A stretch of 64,000 nt of DNA, from assembly GCA_965235115.1 (NCBI GenBank), contig OZ249452.1:12834001-12898000 (forward strand). The letters run 5' to 3'. This DNA comes from Laetmonice hystrix (Eukaryota). Made by a program: the position numbers and the translations under genes. Positions 61,801 to 64,000 of the stretch are shown here, in pieces. The notes beneath the pieces are model-generated. The model had not been told where the DNA came from. It saw only the letters and a list, made by a program, of their open reading frames with translations, and made no database searches. How positions within the stretch are numbered: the stretch's first letter is position 1; each line of letters begins with the position of its first letter.

Positions 61801-64000
61801 CCTTTATATCCTTACTAAGCCGCTCGTGAATCTCGAGGAAGTCACGGGCGGCGTAGAGGTCGGCCCCCATATCTCGGTGTTGGCTGAGGGTGGCCTGGCC
61901 TATTCTACCCAGCCATGTGTTTACCTAAACCAACACAAACAGCAACAATCAGTATTAACTGAACAAAGGGGTTACTGGCTACTGGTAATTCTATTAGACA
62001 AGTGGGATAATTCCCTTTCTTTATTTCGAATTCTTCCTGTGTTTTAACATTACAAATACGACCACTCAACTGGTGGCGCCACCTTTCGTATGTTTCGTAA
62101 TTTCATCACTACTTGTCTTAGAGATTACAAGCTTGGATTTGGACCATCTAAAAGATATACATACACTTGAGTATTTTTCTTGGAACTGGTTATAGGCCTG
62201 GCTCCGTTCCCCAGCCTCATATCGAGCTTTACACATGTTTTCCAGCTTGGTCACTCGCTCTTGCAATTCCGACACCTGCAAGAAAAAGTTTTTCTCTTGA
62301 ATAATTCTACAAAGATGGCTTCACCTCCCTACCCTGTAGTACACTGTAATCAGGGTTGATAAGGTTAAGAAAACTTTCAATATTTTACGTTGATTGACTC
62401 ATTAGCATCGAATCGTTGCGTTGATTGGCTAATTTCGCCTAATATCTACCAGGTTGAGCCTCATCCAATCAGATCTTACCTTATTGTTAACCCCTTGCAT
62501 GCCAGGGTCGTCCCTGCTGACCCTCTCTAGCAGGATACGACCCTCACGTAGCGCGGGTGTCGTGGATTCCACGATGCTGTTTGACAAGTAGGCGTGGCGC
62601 TCGGCAAGAGCTGCGCTGTTTCGAGGTAAATCGGTGCTGTTCAAGTGTACCTCGATTTCATCAAGTTTACTTAGAGCCTGTAGAAAACGGAACAAAACAT
62701 CTTTGGTTTACCTCAAGGAAATAATACCAACAACATCCTCAAAATGACTTATCAAGACAATATTTAGCCTTAATTGACTTATAGTTAATTGAAATTCCTT
62801 ACAATCTAGGATCACTATTTGCATGAACATAAAGAGCATAGACCAATTTAACCGCATGTATTGTACCCACTACAGATAACATCAAGGTCCTGTCAAATGA
62901 CGATTCAAGACAAAACTTGGAATTGCAAGACAAGTAAAGATTGATGTCAAGTACTTACCGTTTGTGCTTGTGAATAAAAGGAAATGGCTAGTGCCAGGTT
63001 TTTGCGTCGGTTATCGAGACGAACCATGAAGTCCTCCGTCTTGTCATCGATGACTTTGAGGCGCTGTTTTACGCCTTCCGCGTCATAGACGGCGCTGTGC
63101 ACCAGCTGGTCGGCCGTACGCACCAGGCGCAGGACTGTCTCTTGGATCTCCTGAATACAAATCAATCAATGAGAATACCTGGCTAAAAAATAACTAAACA
63201 ATGAGTACAGAAGGTAGACCCGCCTTGTACAATCTCCATGCCCCCGTGCCCCCTTTTACCATTCTATATACTGATTCAGTAATCCGGACGTTTCACACTC
63301 CGAACAAGTTGCTCCAATAAACAAGATCTGACTTTGACTTTGACTTTGAGACGGAGTAGGTGAGGATGGGACTGACCCTTGCTTGCATCTCGAAGCGGAG
63401 ATGCTGCTCCTGTCGGCCCTGAGCCGCCGGGAGGGAGTCTCCAAGGTCCGTCTCGGCCAGGTAGGCGTCGCCCACCTGACTGTACCAATCAGACACCTGC
63501 AAAACAACACATACTCAACTCTCAAAGAAACATTGAATAACAGAAACGCATTTAGAAAATAGTAGTTTTGTTAGATTCTGCCGTATGGGTCTATGGGTCG
63601 GACAGCAAAACTAAAGGTAATTCAAGTAGTTTATAACAATCAGTCATTTTAATTTTACATCTGTCAAATCCTTCAAGTAAAACATCCCTAAAATTCTAGC
63701 CAATTAAAGGCCTTCTTACAATTTCTTCTGAAATCGATCCAATGAGACTTCAATATATACCTTCTTGACCTCGTTGTCAAGGAGCAGGAGTTGCAAGCAT
63801 TGTTCAAGTTTGATCTTGCGTTGGAACCAGAGCTCTTCAAGATAGCGTCGCCGGTCTTGAAGCAGTTCCAACAAATGTTCGATGCCATAGCAGGCGGCGG
63901 TCGTCGCATGGCGGTTCTGGACGTCCGCATGCATGCCCATCTCTCGAATCCTCTCAAGGAGGGACTGACCCTCCTGTAGAGTTGACATTGATGCTTCCAG
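1..64000 (-). CDS. sls: Partial giant muscle protein gene, sallimus/kettin/titin-like: spectrin repeats followed by 25 I-set Ig domains and Pro/PEVK-like linkers; 5' and 3' ends outside window
   Basis: About 55 GT-AG exons join in consistent phase into one ORF. Ig motifs (P.F..L...V.EG..A.F.C.V.G.P.P.V.W...D.G.Y.C.A.N..G) recur 25 times. Segments such as FERRLMKEIQYRE, HKIVVNEDGIHSLII, WYQCSAVSVAGTGSNRARL and YDGMIHILEIPKAREYDNG match remembered Drosophila kettin/sls sequence. The symbol names the closest recognised ortholog. Confidence 0.93.
3817..5304 (-). CDS. sls: Exon, Ig23 - long E/T/R-rich linker - Ig24
   Basis: ctgcag / GTAAGT; 1488 nt; phase 1-1. Confidence 0.93.
7869..8756 (-). CDS. 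sls: Exon, Ig21 - linker - Ig22
   Basis: taacag / GTGAGT; 888 nt; phase 1-1. Confidence 0.93.
9043..9260 (-). CDS. sls: Exon, Ig20 (LECEIQAYP...TLYVL)
   Basis: atacag / GTAAGT; phase 2-1. Confidence 0.92.
9530..9701 (-). CDS. sls: Exon, Thr-rich linker and Ig20 start
   Basis: ctgcag / GTCAGT; phase 1-2. Confidence 0.87.
10014..10231 (-). CDS. sls: Exon, Ig19 (LIVHVAAYP...TLNIT)
   Basis: tttcag / GTATGG; phase 2-1. Confidence 0.92.
10527..10638 (-). CDS. sls: Exon, linker and Ig19 start (VKKISSAQL...AGNTTK)
   Basis: ttttcag / GTGAGT; phase 1-2; not in the ORF track. Confidence 0.87.
11679..11808 (-). CDS. sls: Exon, Ig18 C-half (LTQEFNRHVL...AELVVE)
   Basis: ttacag / GTCAGT; phase 0-1. 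Confidence 0.9.
12047..12231 (-). CDS. sls: Exon, Ig18 N-half (MFSEPEID...QSPEFQ)
   Basis: tttcag / GTATGG; phase 1-0. Confidence 0.92.
12356..12544 (-). CDS. sls: Exon, Ig17 C-part (PVVQWYYNN...HLKVK)
   Basis: ctccag / GTAATT; 189 nt; phase 1-1. Confidence 0.92.
12792..13235 (-). CDS. sls: Exon, Ig16 and Ig17 N-part
   Basis: ttacag / GTAAGG; 444 nt; phase 1-1. Confidence 0.93.
14338..14555 (-). CDS. sls: Exon, Ig15 (LEVEFTGFP...ALLQVQ)
   Basis: tgacag / GTATGT; phase 2-1. Confidence 0.92.
14804..15074 (-). CDS. sls: Exon, linker and Ig15 start (TQEKAPED...KEGEGIK)
   Basis: ccacag / GTAAGT; phase 1-2. Confidence 0.9.
15296..15412 (-). CDS. sls: Symmetric exon, likely cassette (VSTVEFDKQKPEDL...FRKFER)
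   Basis: ggtttgcag / GTAGGT; 117 nt; phase 1-1. Confidence 0.7.
15827..16013 (-). CDS. sls: Exon, Ig14 C-half (GQRFKLRYDG...WRTRLKQGPT)
   Basis: tttcag / GTAAGT; phase 0-1. Confidence 0.92.
16140..16258 (+). mobile_element. SINE-like repeat fragment
   Basis: TTGGTGGAGGAAATCGGAGGACCCGGAGGAAACCACCGACC resembles the conserved GGAGGAAACCGGAG-ACCCGGAGGAAACC core of V/Meta-type SINEs (from memory). Confidence 0.55.
16339..16516 (-). CDS. sls: Exon, Ig14 N-half (EQARKGPMF...GSMIIT)
   Basis: gagcag / GTAAGC; phase 2-0. Confidence 0.9.
16842..16877 (-). CDS. sls: Candidate microexon (PRPMDTMDFRP)
   Basis: tttttaacag / GTGAGA; 36 nt; phase 2-2. Confidence 0.7.
17512..17622 (-). CDS. sls: Candidate cassette exon (PMERPIPIEPQRERRVEAPPPPPPAPLRQYIQDFEL)
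   Basis: tgtttgaacag / GTACGC; 111 nt; phase 2-2; the donor is weak. Confidence 0.6.
17948..17977 (-). CDS. sls: Candidate microexon (TRELRRAPE)
   Basis: ttttgatttttgttccattgcag / GTTAAT; 30 nt; phase 2-2. Confidence 0.6.
18718..19078 (-). CDS. sls: Candidate alternative exon, possibly terminal (LSVGTISVQG...DAWKWLHPIK...); boundaries uncertain
   Basis: Phase-2 acceptor taaccatag; long open frame; no convincing phase-2 donor found. Confidence 0.4.
19695..19997 (-). CDS. sls: Candidate cassette exon, Ser/Pro/Lys-rich (TSSSATSMENLD...KDEQK)
   Basis: tttccatttatag / GTGATT; 303 nt; symmetric phase 2-2. Confidence 0.7.
20697..20886 (-). CDS. sls: Candidate alternative terminal exon (PPVDTFNVFPTY...RTAEIPE*)
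   Basis: ttcccaatccag acceptor in phase 2 as required; open frame to TAA; AATAAA overlaps the stop codon (20696-20701). Confidence 0.6.
21125..21188 (-). CDS. sls: Exon, short linker (APRKPTPERKLVIPRRTTPTP)
   Basis: ttgtag / GTAAGT; 64 nt; phase 1-2; resembles the kettin RRLNLPRPT linker. Confidence 0.85.
21444..21740 (-). CDS. sls: Exon, Ig13 (REAAQPPRF...ARLMVQ)
   Basis: ttacag / GTGAGT; 297 nt; phase 1-1. Confidence 0.92.
21716..22130. repeat. Tandem array of 5 units (83, 83, 108, 84 bp spacing, last unit partial) spanning the intron/exon boundary of the Ig13 exon
   Basis: CGTGGTGGCTGGGCAGCCTCACGTGCTG recurs at 21716, 21799, 21882, 21990 and 22074. Confidence 0.95.
22377..22533 (-). CDS. 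sls: Exon, Ig12 C-half (VHDDDLHKIVVNEDG...HLNVK)
   Basis: cggtag / GTATGC; phase 0-1; not in the ORF track. Confidence 0.9.
22717..22894 (-). CDS. sls: Exon, Ig12 N-half (PQGPRG...EKYYKPVFRQVPPD...RDGVR)
   Basis: tcacag / GTAAGT; phase 2-0. Confidence 0.9.
23180..23427 (-). CDS. sls: Exon, Ig11 C-part (IAWYHNGRQ...LRRMTR)
   Basis: tgacag / GTAAGC; phase 0-2. Confidence 0.92.
23650..23791. mobile_element. Partial copy of the 50.2 kb foldback MITE (one arm and centre)
   Basis: Near-identical to the 50.2-50.46 kb sequence (GACTGTGAAACCCAAATTTGAG...CCAAGAAACCGGGCCCAG). Confidence 0.85.
23872..24102 (-). CDS. sls: Exon, FERRLMKEIQYR motif and Ig11 N-part
   Basis: tttcag / GTAAGT; 231 nt; phase 0-0. 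Confidence 0.92.
24544..24770 (-). CDS. sls: Exon, linker (ERYAAWLREEQ...DTPHDE)
   Basis: tatcag / GTAGGG; phase 1-0. Confidence 0.85.
25082..25224 (-). CDS. sls: Exon, Ig10 C-half (YKSTYDQYSG...ALLLGP)
   Basis: gcccag / GTGAGG; phase 2-1. Confidence 0.92.
25568..25799 (-). CDS. sls: Exon, Pro-rich linker and Ig10 N-half (equivalent of kettin Ig1)
   Basis: ttgcag / GTATGT; phase 1-2. Confidence 0.9.
25969..26308. mobile_element. Non-autonomous DNA transposon (MITE), Kolobok-like
   Basis: 13-bp perfect TIRs AGGTGCTATTCGT...ACGAATAGCACCT flanked by TTAA on both sides (25965-68, 26309-12); TTAA TSD with purine-purine termini is typical of Kolobok. Confidence 0.8.
26373..26634 (-). CDS. sls: Exon, Ig9 (PLADIVVREG...ILKVE)
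   Basis: ttccag / GTAAGC; phase 0-1. Confidence 0.92.
27059..27252 (-). CDS. sls: Exon, Ser/Pro-rich linker and start of Ig9 (PSAIDESASP...PPPPQFTR)
   Basis: ttcctccag / GTAAGT; phase 1-0. Confidence 0.88.
28307..28450 (-). CDS. sls: Candidate cassette exon (DEVESRNLEQEYKSS...HIRHNFS) with a second GTGAGT donor 12 nt further on (start 28295)
   Basis: Pyrimidine-rich ctatctttag acceptor; two in-frame GTGAGT donors; 144 or 156 nt; phase 1-1; open frame. Confidence 0.4.
32462..32749 (-). CDS. sls: Exon, Ig8 (SLVPAHFTERLRSHEVKEG...AELIVE)
   Basis: tttcag / GTAAAT; 288 nt; phase 1-1; follows the 11.9 kb intron. Confidence 0.93.
34066..34075. promoter_or_regulatory. Perfect MEF2 consensus site
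   Basis: CTATAAATAG matches YTA(A/T)4TAR; 1.3 kb upstream (minus strand) of the Ig8 exon; motif match only. Confidence 0.5.
36412..36545. repeat. 24-bp minisatellite (one 15-bp unit)
   Basis: CCATCAGA(A/T)TCTTCCAAGACCC(T/C)A repeated about 6 times. Confidence 0.85.
42440..42449. promoter_or_regulatory. Perfect CArG box (SRF site) in a CpG-rich island, with a MEF2-like CTATTTCTAG at 42599-42608
   Basis: CCATATAAGG matches CC(A/T)6GG and lies in a GC/CpG-rich segment at about 42300-42700; motif match only. Confidence 0.5.
44662..44859 (-). CDS. sls: Exon, Ig7 C-part (KPQPTIKWFK...AELVVK)
   Basis: cctcag / GTAAGC; 198 nt; phase 1-1. Confidence 0.92.
45044..45605 (-). CDS. sls: Exon, tandem proline-rich repeats (KPEPPPQPKPYVPPPPP) and Ig7 N-part
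   Basis: tatcag / GTAAGT; 562 nt; phase 0-1. Confidence 0.9.
46039..46257 (-). CDS. sls: Exon, Ig6 C-part (VRWFFGGEP...PKPPSPPS)
   Basis: tgtcag / GTGAGT; 219 nt; phase 0-0. Confidence 0.9.
46589..46912 (-). CDS. sls: Exon, Ig5 C-half and Ig6 N-part (IVSHRELHSL...GNPKPR)
   Basis: gatcag / GTGAGT; 324 nt; phase 0-0. Confidence 0.92.
47296..47495 (-). CDS. sls: Exon, Ig5 N-half (LSEMSDASV...SSPDFQ)
   Basis: tggtag / GTAAAA; phase 1-0. Confidence 0.9.
48851..48982. mobile_element. Short palindromic MITE (CTGATTGGCTGG/CCAATCAG core, TTAAGC subrepeats); related fragments near 23545-23639 and 25911-26345
   Basis: Imperfect TIRs CAGGGACCAGT...AGTGGGCCCTG; internal dyad symmetry. Confidence 0.7.
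49136..49237 (-). CDS. sls: Candidate cassette exon (ATESESDSESSDGQQLITSLLSRAKVIASKFWR)
   Basis: ctgaccattatag / GTAAGA; 102 nt; symmetric phase 1-1 matching both flanking exons; open frame. Confidence 0.55.
49635..49815 (-). CDS. sls: Exon, Ig4 C-part (VIWYHNDKP...CRLMVE)
   Basis: ttacag / GTAAGT; phase 0-1. Confidence 0.92.
50203..50459. mobile_element. Palindromic foldback MITE with GAGCTT/AAGCTC subrepeats
   Basis: Long near-perfect inverted arms CTGGGCCCGGTTTCTTGGTGGAGCTTG...CAAGCTCCACCAAGAAACCGGGCCCAG. Confidence 0.85.
50523..50795 (-). CDS. sls: Exon, Ig3 C-half and Ig4 N-part (IIVEPNMTAL...CHPEPE)
   Basis: tttcag / GTGAGT; 273 nt; phase 0-0. Confidence 0.92.
51049..51203 (-). CDS. 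sls: Exon, Ig3 N-half (VKKPQFESPL...SSVFK)
   Basis: ttacag / GTCAGT; phase 1-0. Confidence 0.9.
52027..52323 (-). CDS. sls: Exon, Ig2 (ETHQKIIPPDF...ARLNVI)
   Basis: caacag / GTAAGC; 297 nt; phase 1-1. Confidence 0.92.
53108..53328 (-). CDS. sls: Exon, Ig1 remainder (FTFECKLEC...ATLRVR)
   Basis: tgacag / GTACGG; phase 2-1; Ig motif EDTAKYTCRAT. Confidence 0.92.
53698..53801 (-). CDS. sls: Exon, linker and start of Ig1 (QILAEMTNV...EITEGQK)
   Basis: ttgtag / GTAAGT; 104 nt; phase 0-2; not in the ORF track. Confidence 0.88.
54215..54336 (-). CDS. sls: Exon, end of spectrin region (GPVQGPAKM...NLLKKE)
   Basis: ttgcag / GTAAGG; 122 nt; phase 1-0. Confidence 0.88.
54535..54718 (-). CDS. sls: Exon, spectrin repeat (CEDWIKDAS...IASVLY)
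   Basis: tcatag / GTAGGA; 184 nt; phase 0-1. Confidence 0.88.
55038..55214 (-). CDS. sls: Exon, spectrin repeat (VNNFVSTAE...FEVMDN)
   Basis: gtccag / GTAAGT; 177 nt; phase 0-0. Confidence 0.9.
55542..55679 (-). CDS. sls: Exon, spectrin repeat (LHNELDEL...SAIEKK)
   Basis: ttccag / GTAAGA; 138 nt; phase 0-0. Confidence 0.9.
55837..55981. repeat. About 33-bp degenerate tandem repeat, about 5 units
   Basis: AACTGTTTCCGAGAGTCCTCCTTTAAA recurring. Confidence 0.8.
56130..56279 (-). CDS. sls: Exon, spectrin repeat (DSEAIAKDE...YFDLRQ)
   Basis: tttcag / GTAAGA; 150 nt; phase 0-0; WDQAWDEQRARLEQNLQ spectrin helix C motif. Confidence 0.9.
56597..56773 (-). CDS. sls: Exon, spectrin repeat (LDKLIENTE...VRVRQQ)
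   Basis: tgttag / GTGAGG; 177 nt; phase 0-0. Confidence 0.88.
56970..57158 (-). CDS. sls: Exon, spectrin repeat (KAQEEIETH...FKNLNQ)
   Basis: tttcag / GTAAAG; 189 nt; phase 0-0. Confidence 0.9.
58477..58617. mobile_element. Small MITE with GGATCCAGG TIRs and poly-C tracts
   Basis: CAGGCGGATCCAGG...CCTGGATCCACCAGTG imperfect inverted ends. Confidence 0.6.
58717..58845 (-). CDS. sls: Mutually exclusive exon candidate B (TIDWVRLVEKDLFVPYISGHLGKTVEETKSLQKKLDEFGPTSK)
   Basis: ttgtag / GTAAAA; 129 nt; phase 0-0; open frame; not in the ORF track; aligns end to end with exon A. Confidence 0.88.
59198..59323 (-). CDS. sls: Mutually exclusive exon candidate A (TIDWVMSVEDKFFPMIAGELGSSMESVKHYQKRLDDFRPTVK)
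   Basis: ccgcag / GTACAC; 126 nt; phase 0-0; paralogous to 58717-58845. Confidence 0.88.
60150..60329 (-). CDS. sls: Exon, spectrin repeat (VKNDEKLDT...VQDARK)
   Basis: tgttag / GTAGGA; 180 nt; phase 0-0. Confidence 0.88.
60699..60869 (-). CDS. sls: Exon, spectrin repeat (LAIKMDALE...IKEAKD)
   Basis: attcag / GTGAGT; 171 nt; phase 0-0. Confidence 0.9.
61189..61380 (-). CDS. sls: Exon, spectrin repeat (AKSGDMQSL...HKKAQQ)
   Basis: tttcag / GTAAGT; 192 nt; phase 0-0. Confidence 0.9.
61802..61924 (-). CDS. sls: Exon, spectrin repeat (VNTWLGRIG...LSKDIK)
   Basis: gtttag / GTTAGT; 123 nt; phase 0-0. Confidence 0.88.
62165..62275 (-). CDS. sls: Exon, spectrin repeat (VSELQERV...QEKYSS)
   Basis: ttgcag / GTATGT; 111 nt; phase 0-0. 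Confidence 0.85.
62480..62677 (-). CDS. sls: Exon, spectrin repeat (ALSKLDEIE...GVNNK)
   Basis: ctacag / GTAAGA; 198 nt; phase 0-0. Confidence 0.9.
62959..63150 (-). CDS. sls: Exon, spectrin repeat (EIQETVLRL...FYSQAQT)
   Basis: attcag / GTAAGT; 192 nt; phase 0-0. Confidence 0.9.
63377..63496 (-). CDS. sls: Exon, spectrin repeat (VSDWYSQVG...FEMQAR)
   Basis: ttttgcag / GTCAGT; 120 nt; phase 0-0; W..........LG.S....Q.L...H..F spectrin pattern. Confidence 0.9.
63761..64000 (-). CDS. sls: Exon, partial at window edge; spectrin repeat (LEASMSTLQEG...DNEVKK)
   Basis: Open frame to window edge; donor GTATAT; phase 0; helical spectrin-like sequence LEELWFQRKIKLEQCLQL. Confidence 0.9.

Noticed and set aside
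1-64000. Non-canonical (GC-AG or U12 AT-AC) introns; tRNA/rRNA genes
   Set aside because: All traced introns are GT-AG; no RNA-gene signatures were recognised by eye.

Overview
Eukaryotic (invertebrate, probably spiralian) genomic DNA fully occupied by one partial, minus-strand, multi-exon giant muscle gene of the sallimus/kettin/titin type. Both gene ends lie outside the window. I traced about 55 core GT-AG exons by hand into one phase-consistent reading frame. They encode a zormin/SESTD1/CCDC141-like spectrin-repeat region (64-54 kb), then 25 I-set Ig domains with proline-rich and PEVK-like linkers. The most notable features lie outside the core frame. (i) Two adjacent paralogous spectrin-repeat exons look mutually exclusive. 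(ii) A palladin/myopalladin-like Ig block is bracketed by muscle-promoter motifs in an 11.9 kb intron and by a stop-containing alternative last exon. (iii) A cluster of phase-2 cassette exons and microexons sits where arthropod kettin has its long Ig array. (iv) A 3' splice site is duplicated five times in tandem. (v) Symmetric Ig-linker-Ig giant exons have progressively longer linkers. Introns hold several MITEs, one nested with TTAA target-site duplications. No RNA genes or CRISPR arrays were seen. Coordinates were read by eye and family assignments come from remembered motifs, not database searches.
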